A model generated the notes under the pieces. The model was not told where the DNA came from and ran no database searches. It saw only the letters and a program-made list of their open reading frames with translations. Positions 1 to 11,424 of a stretch of 64,000 nt of DNA are shown piece by piece. Source of the DNA: Somniosus microcephalus (lineage: Eukaryota); assembly GCA_052327205.1 (NCBI GenBank), contig CM126214.1, positions 11,222,001 through 11,286,000 on the forward strand, written 5' to 3'. Each line of letters starts with the position of its first letter. Position 1 is the stretch's first letter. The position numbers and the translations under genes were made by a program.

Positions 1-192
1 TGGTCAATGGTGACCCCTCCAGGATGTTGATGGTGGGGGATTCGATGATGGCAATGCCGTTGAATGTCAAGGGGCGGTGGTTAGGCGTTCGCTTGTTGGA
101 GATAGTCATTGCCTGGCACTTGTGAGGCTTTGGGGAGTCAGGAGGTGAGTCACTCGCCTCTGTGCTGCTCTTGTAGCCACAGTATTTATGTG
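1..192 (-). mobile_element. Fragment of non-LTR retrotransposon (probably same family as 56455-56895)
   Basis: Resembles a recurrent shark LINE RT segment (gatgttgatggtgggggattc...gttgaatgtcaagggg); recognised from memory only. Confidence 0.45.
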
Positions 193-995
193 GCGGCCTG
201 CTTTGCTTGACTACTCATGGGCAGCTCATGGGCAACGCCTGAGTTCTTTGCTGATTTCCATGATTCTTAGACTTTGGACAGTTCCGGCTGAACTTTTTAA
301 AAATATATATATCTAACTGTGGAGAAAAAAAACCCTTCTGCCTGATCTAACGAGATAACCTCCAGTTTCAGACAAGTAGTCATGCCACCTGACATGTAAT
401 ATTTGCAGCAGAAGACAGGTTTTCTGTTAGACGAAGCTATCCTGTCCCCGCACCTCAGGCATTTGTCTAATTCCGAGCAATTAATAACCTGTACAAGAGA
501 ACAGCTAATACCAGTGTATGCCTGAGGCTCTGCCCAATACTCTACAACTGCTTGAAACATAATAAGATCACATATATAATTCAACAATCATTTATCTATG
601 CCACGTACAGTTTAGTTTGGCAGCTGAGACCCTTGGTATTACACAGCACTTATGGCTGCTGTCCGTTTGCATAGAAAATGACATTTCACTGATTGAAATC
701 AGAACGTTCTTGATTACGTGTTCTGGCAGAGTAACCCAGGGTGCCCCGTTGGGACTGAGCCGTCTCGGACTGAATCAGAAACGGATGAGCATGATGATCC
801 TCAAAGAGAAAAAAGTTTGTCCCTCCTTAACTAATTTCCGTTCCTTCTTCCCCCCCCCCCCCCCCGCCCCCCGGACGGCGCTGACTCTCACCGGGTGTCC
901 GCCTTCAGAGAGGCACCATTGCCCCAGTGTGGGGGGGACGGGGTGGCGGGGGGGGGGGAATTATTTCTGTGTGACCCCGGACACTGTGTTGGGGG

Positions 996-1404
996 GGGGG
1001 GTCATTTTAACCTAACGCGCCGGGGCGGGAAACCCATGGGCTTGGGTGGGCCAGTTTTGCACTCAGGCCAATATTACACTCCTTTGACTTCATTGGGCGG
1101 GGTATAAAACCAACCTTGATATAATAAAACTCACTACACACTTGGTTTAAGTATAAAGCAAGGCTTTAATCAACTTGTTTCAGAACATGGAGGTCTAGTT
1201 GTACTTCACTAGTTCCCCGTCTTACAAAATGTCCCTGATAGCTGGGCCCACGCCTGAGTATTTATACTCCTTGGATGGCGCCACCAGCTGGCCGTCCAGC
1301 GTTATTTCACGAGTAGTTTCTTGATGAATGATGAGATTTATAACAAACGTTGCACCCAATCCCGTCAGTTTCTCGACAGGCGGATTAGGTTAAAAATTTC
1401 CCCC
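996..1404. mobile_element. TIR-bounded MITE (Harbinger-like ends) interrupted by a solo LTR
   Basis: Imperfect inverted ends gggggtcattttaacctaa ... ttaggttaaaaatttcccc. Confidence 0.5.
1117..1345 (-). mobile_element. Solo LTR family A, subfamily 1
   Basis: TG...CA ends, TSD aacct/aacgt (1 mismatch), TATAAATA and ATTAAA on the minus strand; homologous to six other copies. Confidence 0.85.
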
Positions 1405-1655
1405 TTCGTGGCAGCGGACTAGTCACCCATGTTGAAGTGAGCATCAGAGTCTCGATCACTATCCACACAAGTGCAGTTTGCAGCGGAGGTCACTCTTAGG
1501 GGTCAAGAGCAGGAAGCCCGGTTGGATTTGTCTCCTCCCGAGCTTTGGGAGCTAAGGTCAGCTGCAATATCTCCCTGCTACCTTGGCATGAGTTCGGCCA
1601 ATTCAGCTCTTCTCGCCTCCCCCCGCAACTACCCCGAGCCTCACCAAACACACAG

Positions 1656-1950
1656 CTTGGCTTCAGAGTCACGTGTTTGTGGGTTCAAACCCCACACCTA
1701 GGACTTGAGCACTCAATGCAAGCTGACTCTCCAAGGGCAATGCCAAGGGCATTGTTGGAGGTGCCGTCCTTCACATGAGACACTAAACTGAGGCCGAGTC
1801 TGCCTGTTCAGGAGGACATTAAAGGTCCCACAGTACTAGTCGAAGAAAAGCAGGAAGTCCTTCAGGTGTGCTGGCTACATTCCTTCCTCATTCAACACAG
1901 ATTTTAATGGGTCATTCATCTCTGAGTTTGGTGGCCACTGCTCCTGTATT
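1656..1950 (+). mobile_element. Degenerate Deu-SINE (SacSINE1-like)
   Basis: Diverged match to the tRNA-like head and central domain of the better copies (e.g. 45188-45647). Confidence 0.6.
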
Positions 1951-1959
1951 TTCTAGTAT

Positions 1960-2181
1960 AGAAATACATAGAAGTTATAACATGCCATTCGGCCCAGTCG
2001 CTTCATGTTGGCGTTTACCCGCTATGTGAGCAAATAGTTCTAATCACATTTACTCACCCTGTTCCAAAACCCTTCAGCTCCTTTTCCTTCATCCCCCTAT
2101 CAAATCTAATCTCAAATGTTGACATATTTTCTTACTTAACCAGTAACCCTAGAAGTGAATTCTACAGCTTCACAACTCTCT
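1960..2181 (-). mobile_element. Old CR1 LINE 3' end, interrupted by the Harbinger element
   Basis: gccattcggccc tail motif; gaattctacagcttcacaactctc continues after 3021 as tctttgtgtgtggagaagt. Confidence 0.55.
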
Positions 2182-3021
2182 GGGAGAAATTCAGTATCGC
2201 CCCGTTTGGGGCACAATTATCGGCCGGGCGCAAAGTTTAGCGCCTGGTGCTAATTATTGCCTCCGACTGCAAACTTGGCTTCTATCACCCCTAGAGGTGA
2301 TTGGAGCGCTAAATCAGGCGCTACACACCTCTCTTAAGGTGCTAACGCTGAGGAGCGAGGCGCTACCTCGGAGCGCTGGCGAAGCTCATGTGATGTCAGT
2401 CAGCAATGGAACACAGACACACTGGCGCCGGCCAGTTCTTAAAGGGGAGGGTCGATCTTGCTCTCCATCCACACCCTGCTCATTGCAGCCTTGAATCTTG
2501 GCCTGGAGAGACTTGTACATCAAATCTGCTGGAAAGAACAATGGAGAGGCCCAGGGAAAGAGCTCAGAGTGCAGCCCCCACAGTCTCTTCTAAATCGATG
2601 CAAGGAAGGTCAAATCAAAATGAACCTGCAAAGTGCTGCTCAGTACCCAAAACTCCTTCACACAGCGTTGAATCTCTCCAGAAGTCTCTCTCTCTCTCTC
2701 TCAGAATGCGTGGTGCAAAAATGTCACCAACAAAAAAAGTCAGGAAGCGGTCGCCTTTAAATAGTGTTCCCCCAATCCCTTCCTGACTGCAAAATGCTCC
2801 CCTCAACCTGTCGTTGCTAGCGGCAGGCGGTAAGGCAGGGGGCGCCACTCAATATCCGGTCCGGGGCATTGCACGCTCGACTGACGTCACGATCTGCGGG
2901 CACAGGAGAACGTGGCGGTAGTGTTTAGCGCCGCCGCAAAATGCTGGTCAATTTCGCGAGCGGTGCAAACATCGCTGCACCCAGGTGCTAATGGGAGGCG
3001 CAAAGCAACCGAATTTTTCCC
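2182..3021. mobile_element. Non-autonomous PIF/Harbinger-type DNA transposon
   Basis: TIRs gggagaaattcag / ccgaatttttccc, 3-bp TSD TCT; reverse-complement homologue at 29355-29816 + 34918-35144. Confidence 0.8.
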
Positions 3022-3039
3022 TCTTTGTGTGTGGAGAAG

Positions 3040-3260
3040 TGTCCTGGCCAATATTTATCCCTCAACCAACATAACAAAAACAGATTATCTGGTCATTGTC
3101 ACATTGCTGTTTGTGGAGCTTGCTGTGCGCAAATTGGCTGCCGCGTTTCCCACATTACAACAGTGGCTGCACTTCAAAAAAGTACTTCATTGGCTGTAAA
3201 GCGCTTTGAGACGTCCGGTGGTTGTGAAAGGCGCTATAGAAATGCAAGTGTTTCTTTCTT
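3040..3260 (+). mobile_element. Deu-SINE (SacSINE1-like) 3' half
   Basis: gtcctggccaatatttatccctcaaccaac ... aaggcgctatagaaatgcaag. Confidence 0.8.
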
Positions 3261-3822
3261 TGTTCCTGCCCTCTGTTCTGAACCTCTTGCATTTGATCTA
3301 TGGCCCCCTCACTCTGGACCCCTCAGCAACTGGAAACAGCCTGCTTTTGTATGTAAACACTGTCTCACCCTGTCATAGTTTTAAAATCTTCTGTTATGTC
3401 GCCCTGTAATCTGCGTTGCTCCAATGGAAAAAAAAGATCTAAAAGTCTTTCTTCATATTTTGTATTCACTGGGTGCAGGCAGCATCCTAGGGGATCTGTA
3501 GTGTACCCTCTCTAAAGTCTCAATATCCTTCCTATTGTGTGGCGCTTACACAAACACAGGCACTGCATAGGTTATGCATTGTGTGATATGATTTTGATGA
3601 TGTGATAACAGTGCCATATGAGTACGGTTACTCCATTTTATTGAGGAAGAGTCTGCGTAAAGAAATATGTTCCTTTCGAGAGCAAACACTATCCCCCATA
3701 TCTATAAGTTCCGCACCTTCTGAAAAGGTGGCTTCGCCTTATAAACGCCCATACCGTGGGTTTACTGTAGGCCAGCCTGACTAAACCTGTGTTCCAGCTA
3801 CACAGATTGGCACTACATTGTC

Positions 3823-3956
3823 AAAAGCAAAACACTGCGGATGCTGGAAATCTGAAATAAAAACAGAAAACGCTGGCGACACTCAGCAGGTCGGGCAGCA
3901 TCTGTGGAGAGAGAAACAGAGTCAATGTTTCAGGTCGATGACCCTTGGTCAGAACT
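3823..3956 (-). mobile_element. Penelope-like element terminal fragment
   Basis: Same repeat as 48168-48705, which carries a GIY-YIG C-terminus-like peptide. Confidence 0.7.
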
Positions 3957-4279
3957 AAATAGTCAATCTCGCTCGGGGAGGCCACAGAGCGAAACGGTGC
4001 GCCAGCAGAGGCTTGCTGCTTTTGGGACCGGCCGTAAGGGACATTGTCAGGGCAGGGCAGAGGGAACTTTAACTCTGCACCCGGCGCGCTACCTTCAGCT
4101 CAATCTGCATTCCACCCTGCCCGCAAGATCAGGAACGGTTCTGCTTATTTGCAGACGCCGGGGGGGGGGGGGGGGGGTGAATCGCTGCTGTCCCTGGACC
4201 ACCTCAACCCAGCCTCGGCGGAGAGGCAGCGGGCCACTTCCATTTGTCACACCTTCCAGCTTTCACCTGTCAAGGCCGA

Positions 4280-4480
4280 AGCCATTGAATTAGTGGCATA
4301 TTTGGTGCAATTTTGTGCCGCAGACTTCTTGAACTGATTTCCATTTGGAACCAGATTGAGACTGTCACAACTCATTTCACTTGTGAATCTTAATAGCCGC
4401 CAGAAAGAAAGGACATTCATCCTCACTGTCTGGGACAGACTCAAACCCAGGTCCCAGGGGGAAGACAGCCAATAGTAATG
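4280..4480 (-). mobile_element. LF-SINE-like ancient SINE relic
   Basis: Minus strand ctggcggctatt...gtgaaatgagttgtgacagtctcaatctggttcc...cacaaaattgcacc...cactaatt resembles the LF-SINE body as I recall it. Confidence 0.5.
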
Positions 4481-4799
4481 GGCAGTGGAAGATTTTCTAC
4501 TTTAACACCCAGTGACAATATTAAAGGCTCTTAGATCAGGTATGGCACTGTGACAATTATACAATCAATCCCTGAGGCATGGGATGACGCTACCAGACAA
4601 TTTCATGTATACCCAGAATTACATAGATCTCTGTCCGAGATCCCGTGTGGAATTCTATAACGTCTCCGAAGACCAGATGGATTACTCAATGTCCGTGCGT
4701 CCTAGCTGTTAAAGGGGCAGTGCTGCCTTGTAAAATGAGTCTGGCAAACCGTTTGTTTTCTTTTTTTTTTGTGCTCGCTCTTGCTCGGTTACAGTGGGC

Positions 4800-5120
4800 T
4801 TACTGTCCCGTTCTTCATGTGTGAGGCCAGATAATGCTTGTTGGCTATTTGACCACGGAAGGCATCGTAGCCACACTTTCTAACAGGGCTCATTGGATAC
4901 AAATCAGGAGCAGGAACCCTGGCTAATTTTATTTTCTTCCCTACCCTCCCCTCCCCCCCCGATCTTTGAGGTGCTTGGACCCAATTGTAGCGCCCTTTCC
5001 AGCTGTCCCAGCTAAGATCAGCTAACTCAAACGCAAGCCAACGATTGAACCGGGAACTTTCCTCAGTTGTACCGCTCCGTACCGCGCCAGGTTAGTGCAC
5101 GTCGCCAACTGCACTACCTG
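4800..5120 (-). mobile_element. Old SINE-like repeat, unnamed family (other copies about 5185-5420, 15270-15400, 15650-15850, 17330-17410 + 17895-18050, 51630-51870)
   Basis: Recurrent motifs aatcagccagggttcctgctcctgat and gtgctgagttagctgatct. Confidence 0.45.
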
Positions 5121-5785
5121 AGGGGGAAGCATTTGATCCTCTGTTTGTCAACGCCCATTTAAGTGATTGATATTAAAAAGGGTCCTTGTGCTGAATTCAG
5201 CTGGGGTGCCGGTATGGATGCTGCAATTGGGTTGTGTGCCTTAGCGTCAGGGAGGAGAGAATCATTTTGGCGTTTGTCTAGCCGTCCACGCTGGAAACGC
5301 GTAAGGCGTGGAAATTGGTGACAGGATTGAGCTTGAATGTGATGCGCCTGTAGTTGGATAGTCTACTCATTGTCAAGGCTCACGTGCGAATAATAGACAC
5401 GTGGGCTACCTCACAAACCATACCCAAGCAAGGAGAACCCTTCAGGAGAGGAAATGAAGGGAGGCACTTGCTGAGGGGGAAAAAAAATTGAAAAGCACCT
5501 TCATGATAAGAATGAAACGCGCTTCTCTCCCCAAAACAGTGAGTGTCCCATTAAGAATCGCAAAAAACAAGACACGATCAATGAAAGAGACTAGGCGCAA
5601 TTGTCGCATCTCAGAAATAAAGTGCTTGACACACTGAACCACTTTTGAGACGTCCGGTGGTCGTGAAAGGCGCTATGTAAATGCAAGTCTTCCTTTCTTT
5701 CTTTTACTTCCAAGCGCAGCCGCTATAGTTGGGCAGACAAACGTGGAAGCCTTTTCGCGCACGGAGAGGACATTTTGTTGGGAAT

Positions 5786-6110
5786 AACAAGAGAAAACGC
5801 TGGAAAAACTCAGCAGGCCAGGCAACATCCGTGGAGAGAGAAACAGAGTCAACGTTTCAGGTCGAAACCCTTCGCCAGGACTGAGAAAAAAGCAGGAAAT
5901 GAAACAGATGAAAAAGCAAGTTTGGGGCTGGGAAATGGGGGAGGAGATGAAAGAACAAAAAGAGAAGGTCTGTGAGAGGTGAAGAGACATTAAGAGATAT
6001 TCAAGACGAGACAAGATGGTAATAGGGCAGATAAAAAAACAAAGGATGGCTCTAGATGAAGTGTGAAATGCGCTGGCAGAGTGAAAGACAGCTGCCATGT
6101 GGTACATTTG
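5786..6110 (-). mobile_element. Penelope-like element terminal fragment
   Basis: Closely similar to about 48200-48515. Confidence 0.75.
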
Positions 6111-6156
6111 GTTGGGGTTTCTTTCCAAACTGCCGCGGGATGAACGACCGACCAAT

Positions 6157-6170
6157 CTGCCCCCTGGTGG
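6157..6170 (-). promoter_or_regulatory. Candidate CTCF site
   Basis: Minus strand reads CCACCAGGGGGCAG, matching the CTCF core consensus. Confidence 0.4.
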
Positions 6171-6604
6171 CGTGGGTTGAGGCAGGAGAGAGACAATTGA
6201 GGTCGAGTACACGGCGTCCAATTATCGCACTTAACTCGGGGGCGAAAATGCCCCCATCGCCAAGTGACTCCTTGCGCTCGGCAGCGTCCGTTTTTTGTGC
6301 GCGTTGAACCTCTCCGCTGGATTTTCAGTACTATCCCCCCGGCACCCCGGCCTATGCAGCCAACACACTACCCTTTATCTGCGATACTATTAAATTATGA
6401 ATTAAGCGGTAATCACAAAAAATTAGTCAACTGAGCAGCCACCGGCCAATTTTTGCTGCTGTTTTGTGCCTCGGTGTAAATAGCTCCCCTGTGACAATTA
6501 AACAAGTAAATTACTCAGGTTACTGACACATTATTGGCAGAATATCACAATCTGAACGAGCTGTGGTTCATGATGACAACAGCTAAGTACACAAGAAACT
6601 GAGA

Positions 6605-7000
6605 CTCCCCTATACTTCATAGAGAAGGTTAAAGGGTGATTTGATTGCGGATTTAACGATTTGAAAGGAATTGATAGGGTAGAGAGAGGGAAACATTTTT
6701 CCCCACTGGTGGTGGGCTGGGGCAGAACCTAGGACAAGGGGACATAATCTTAAAATCAGAGCCAGGCCATTCAGGAGAAAAGTGAGGAAACATTTCTTCA
6801 AGCAAAGTGGGACCTCTCCCACAAAAAGCAGTAGCTGCTAGCTCAATTAATAATTTTAAATCTCAGGCCGATAGATTTTCGCTAGCCAAGGGGTATTATG
6901 GGATATGAAGCCAAGGCGGGTGGATGGAGTTAGGAAACTAACCAGCCATTGGTTGGCGGAACAGGCTCGAAGGGTTGAATGGCCACGTCCTCCTGTTCCT
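6605..7000 (+). mobile_element. Degenerate CR1 LINE 3' end
   Basis: gagaaggttaaagggtgatttgat ... ggctcgaagggttgaatggcc tail. Confidence 0.7.
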
Positions 7001-7129
7001 TTTGGGTGAACATTTTTGTTCTTGGGCAAGGTGAGGGATGCCAGTGCAGGGGATCGACCACTGTTGGCACCCATTGTTAGCATCAAGCGCTCGCAAGGCT
7101 TGATCTAGCATGGTATGATACAGCGTAAA

Positions 7130-7250
7130 GCTACTGCCCTCAACAATGTGCCTTAACCCCGACCTCAGCCATTACTCTGGCCTCTCCGAGTGAGCTGGCC
7201 AATTCAGTTCCAATTTGTCGTATGTTATGGGCAGAATGGCCACTCAGCTG
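7130..7250 (-). mobile_element. LF-SINE-like relic (3' part)
   Basis: Minus strand ggagaggccag...ggtcggggttaaggcacattgttgagggcagt. Confidence 0.4.
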
Positions 7251-7312
7251 ACAACTGTGCTTTTATAATGTAGAGGGGCCCATACATTATATCTGGCGAA
7301 TGTTAAGATAGG

Positions 7313-7539
7313 TGATGTAATAAAACTCACTACGCACTTGGTTGGAGTATAAAGCAAGGCTTTAATCAACTTGTTTCAAAACATGGAGGTCTAGTTATCT
7401 TTCATTAGTTCCTGTTTACAAAATGTCCTGGGCAAGCTGGGCCCACGCCCGAGTATTTATACTCCTTGGACGGCGCCACCAGCTGGTCCTCCAGTGTTAT
7501 TTCATGAGTCTTTCTTCATGGATCATAAGATTCATAACA
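7313..7539 (-). mobile_element. Solo LTR family A, subfamily 1
   Basis: TG...CA, TSD atagg/ttagg. Confidence 0.85.
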
Positions 7540-8140
7540 TTAGGAAGTGCTATGGGGGGGGGGGGTAATTTTATAATTGGCAATAATTGGATTTTTATGG
7601 CTCCTTTTGGGCCAACATCTCAAAGCGCTGCTCGCAAACAATGGCTTTTCCTGAGGGGCGGCCTCTGTTGTGATGTCGGAAAATTTAACACGGTGGAACT
7701 CAGCTGAAAAATGGCCACCACCCCAAGGATATCTTTGGTGTCCACCTGAACCAGGAAAATCCTCAAAATCAGAAATCGGAAAACTTCCGATCAATGGATT
7801 GGCAAAAACAACTTGGAATTTGTATTGCCCCTTACAGAGAGCTCTGGCATATTAACCATCCCATTTTTTGAGAGTAGAAAAGAATTATTAAAATAATATT
7901 AATTATTTAAGAAAAAAACTGAAGGCTTGCATCCAAATCATTGCAAATTCTGAATGGCCATTCTTTCTTGATAATTCTTATCTAAATTATTGAAACTATT
8001 GAATGAATAGCTGAATAACAAATTCATAATTTTGCTCAGCGGAAAAGGCTGCACCACCCACCAGCCCTCGCTCCTTTCCAGAGGCTCCTGCTCTTGTTCT
8101 GGGGTGAGTCCACATGTGCCAGCCAGCTCACCATAGCAGG

Positions 8141-8367
8141 TGACATGAATCAGTCATTCATGAAAGAAAGACTTATGAAATAATACTGAGCGGCCTGCGG
8201 GTGGCGCTGTCCAGGGAGAGTATAAATACTTGGGCACGGGCCCAGCTTGCGCAGGACATTCTTAACAGGAACTAGTGAAGGACACAACTAGACCTCCATG
8301 TTGTAAAACAGTTGATTAAAGCTTTGTTTAACGCTTAGACCAAGTGCCTAGTAGTTTTCTTACGCCA
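8141..8367 (+). mobile_element. Solo LTR family A, subfamily 2
   Basis: TG...CA, perfect TSD GCAGG, TATAAATA at 8221, ATTAAA downstream. Confidence 0.9.
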
Positions 8368-8574
8368 GCAGGCATAAAGCGTGAGCATAGGCTGTGGACG
8401 CCAGTCGACTGCTGGACGATGGGGCATCACAGCCGGGCACGGTGCTGTCCTTCCCCCTTGTCCACGTGCACGCTCTCCAGCAGGGGTCATCTGGTAGTGA
8501 CCGAGTGCTGGAATCCTGGCTGAATGTCCCTCCACCCCAGTCCATCTGACCACTGAGGCCAATTGCATCACCTC

Positions 8575-9110
8575 TACTGGCTCTGCCAGCTGAGGCCAGT
8601 TACCTCTAGACTTGACTATTCCAATGCACTCCTGGCCGGCCTCCCACATTCCACCCTACCTAAACTTGAGGTGATCCAAAACTATGGCTGCCCGTGTCCT
8701 AACTCGCACCAAGTCCCGTTCGCCCATCACCCCTGTGCTCGCTGACCTACATTGGCTCCCGGTTAAGCAGCGCCTCGATTTCAAAACTCTCATCCTTTTT
8801 TTCAAATCCCTCCATGGCCTCACCCCTCCCTATCTCTGTAATCTCCTTCAGCCCCACAACCCCCCCCGAGATATCTGCGCTCCTCTAATTCTGACCTCTT
8901 GAGCATCCCTGATTATAATCGCTCCACCATTGGTGGCCGTGCCTTCTGTTGCCTGGGCCCCAAGCTCTGGAATTCCCTGCCTAAACCTCTCCACCTCTCT
9001 ACCTCTCTTTCCTCCTTTAAGACGCTCCTTAAAACCTACCTCTTTGACCAAGCTTTTGGTCATCTGCCCTAATTTATCCTGATGTGGATCGGTGTCAAAT
9101 TTGTTGTCTT
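8575..9110 (+). mobile_element. L2-clade LINE 3' fragment
   Basis: Translates to SRLDYSNALLAGLP ... AARVLTRTK ... ITPVLADLHWLPVKQRLDFK, typical of L2 ORF2 C-termini. Confidence 0.85.
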
Positions 9111-9512
9111 AAGAATGAGAGGGGATCTCATTGAAACTTATAAAATTCTAACAGGACTGGACAGACTAGATGCAGGAAGGATGTTCCCGATGGCGGGGGA
9201 GTCCAGAACCAGGGGCCACAGTCTAAGGATAAGGGGTAAGCCATTTAGGTGAGATGAGGAGGAATTTCTTCACCCAGAGAGTGGTGAACCTGTGGAATTC
9301 TCTACCACAGAAGGCAGTTGAGGCCAATTCATTAAATATATTCAAGAAGGAGTTAGATATATTTCTTAAGGCTAAAGGGATCAAGGGATATGGGGAGAAA
9401 GCAGGGACAGGGTACTGAATTTGGATGATCAGCCATGATCTCGTTAAATGGCAGAACAGGCTCGAGGGGCCGAATGGCCTACTCCTGCTCCTATCTTCTG
9501 TGTTTCTATGTT
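9111..9512 (+). mobile_element. HER1-like CR1 LINE 3' end (young subfamily), inserted in the L2 tail
   Basis: RMRGDLIETYKIL...NFFTQRVVNLWNSLP and tttctatg tail; L2 tail resumes at about 9513-9589. Confidence 0.85.
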
Positions 9513-9841
9513 TAAAATACTCCTGCACAGCGCCTTGGGACGTTTTACGATGTTAAAGGCGCTATATAACTACAAGTTGTTGTTGTTGTCAGTTAACTCA
9601 GCACAGGCTGGGGATCGAACCCGCGACTTGCTCCCGACCTGAAGGACGCACTGCGCTGTTTAAAGGGCCGCGTCATCGTGAAGGAGTCTCTGGATGACAT
9701 TTCGGTTGAGTTTGTTTCCCGTACGCGCAAAAACAATGGCATAGGGCTTTGCCAGAACATGCCACTCATGTCTGACATTATGATGAAGATGTCGCCTGCC
9801 CATCTCTCTCCAGAAAAGTTCCCAACACCTTTTACCAGCAG

Positions 9842-10482
9842 TAGGGTTGCCAACGCTGGTTGGACATATTCCTGGAGGCTTCATTACATCATCTCCTGCC
9901 TCCAACCGCCCCACCCCCACACTCTCATCATTGGTCACCCAACATGTTCATCCTCAAGGCATTCCCACAGCCAATTGGAAAGCGAATAGACTCTTTGACA
10001 TAAGAAAACTACTAGGCACTTGGTCTAAGCATTAAACAAAGCTTTAATCAACTGTTTTACAACATGGAGGTCTAGTTGTGTCCTTCACTAGTTCCTGTTA
10101 AGAATGTCCTGCGCAAGCTGGGCCCGTGCCCGAGTATTTATACTCTCCCTGGACAGCACCACCCGCAGGCCGCTCAGTATTATTTCTTAAGTCCTTCTTT
10201 CATGAATGACTGATTCATGTCACTCTTCATAAACCAATTGGATGATTCTTGACTGTCAGTCAAATGGCTTTCCCCCCCCCCCCCCATCTCCAATGTTTTT
10301 ATAACTAATAAACTGAAGCAATCAAAGAAAACGGGAAAAGAAAACCCACACGCACAATTGTTTTTATAATGCCCCGACAGTTTTCCTCCCGGGTTTTTAC
10401 TTCGCTCGCAGCAGGTTCCTGGAGATTCCCCTTCAATTCCTTGGAGACTCCAGGACAATCCTGGAGAGTTGGCAACCCCCTA
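9842..10482. mobile_element. hAT (Blackjack-like) MITE containing a solo LTR
   Basis: TIRs tagggttgccaac / gttggcaacccccta; 8-bp flanks accagcag/acgtgcag (2 mismatches); relatives at about 35696-35932, 36618-36990 and 56159-56977. Confidence 0.65.
9996..10222 (-). mobile_element. Solo LTR family A, subfamily 2
   Basis: TG...CA, perfect TSD CTCTT. Confidence 0.9.
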
Positions 10483-11424
10483 ACGTGCAGACACTGCCAC
10501 TCTAAAGCACGGCTTCCAAGCAAAGAGAGAGAGAGAGAGGCCCCTGTCATTCAGGACAAAGGAGCCGGCTGATGACCTTGTCCTCCATCCTGCAACCAAA
10601 TCGGACAAGGTGGATGTCACTGCATTTGTTCGGAGCTAAAACAGTGGCAAGTCCGTGACCTGAGCTTCTGAACTGGCTGCTTGCGTTGCGTTGACCCCGG
10701 GGAGCTGGTTTGACCGGACCCCTTTGGTGACGTTGCCTGCTGGTTGGGGAATGGTGTGCCATCCACTCCTTTCTGCTTCGGCACCGCCCAGGAGGGCAGC
10801 TTGCCTTAAAAAAAAAACGACAGTCAGCTCTGCCACTCCCAGCAACCTGAAAAAAAACCAACTTGCATTTCTATAGCGCCTGCCACGACCTCAGGACGCC
10901 AACCCCCCACCCCGCCCAAAGCGCTTTACAGCCGGTGGTCCCTGCGTTCAGCACAGGGGATGGTGCGATCAATCTATGACACGGCAGCTTCCGAATCACA
11001 GAGCTGCCAGGGAGATGACCTTTCACCTCATTCGGCACCTGTGATTAATGGATTTGCGCCAACTTCGAACAAACTCAAAGTGTGATGTCGGAGATTTTTT
11101 TTTCCATTTACTTTTTCGTATGTAGGGCAGGATGTATTTTCCATGAGGGGAGGTCGGGGCGGGGGGTAGGCGGCAAGAATTGGGTGTGAATCGAACCATG
11201 AGGTTTCTCCACTACCAATCCCCAGTTTCCCAAATATCACTCCCAAGAAAGAAAAAAAGACTTGCATTTCTATAGCGCCTTTCACAGACTCAGGCCGTCC
11301 CAAAGCGCTTTACAGCCAATTAAGTAGTTTTGAAGTGTAGTCACTGTTGTAATGTAGGAGACGCGGCAGCCAATTTGCGCACAGCAAGCTCCCACAAACA
11401 GCCATGTGATAATCAACAGATTAT

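Noticed and set aside
297-1107. ORFs 297-587, 617-1015 and 895-1107
   Set aside because: No recognisable homology, non-ATG starts, and homopolymer runs in the latter two
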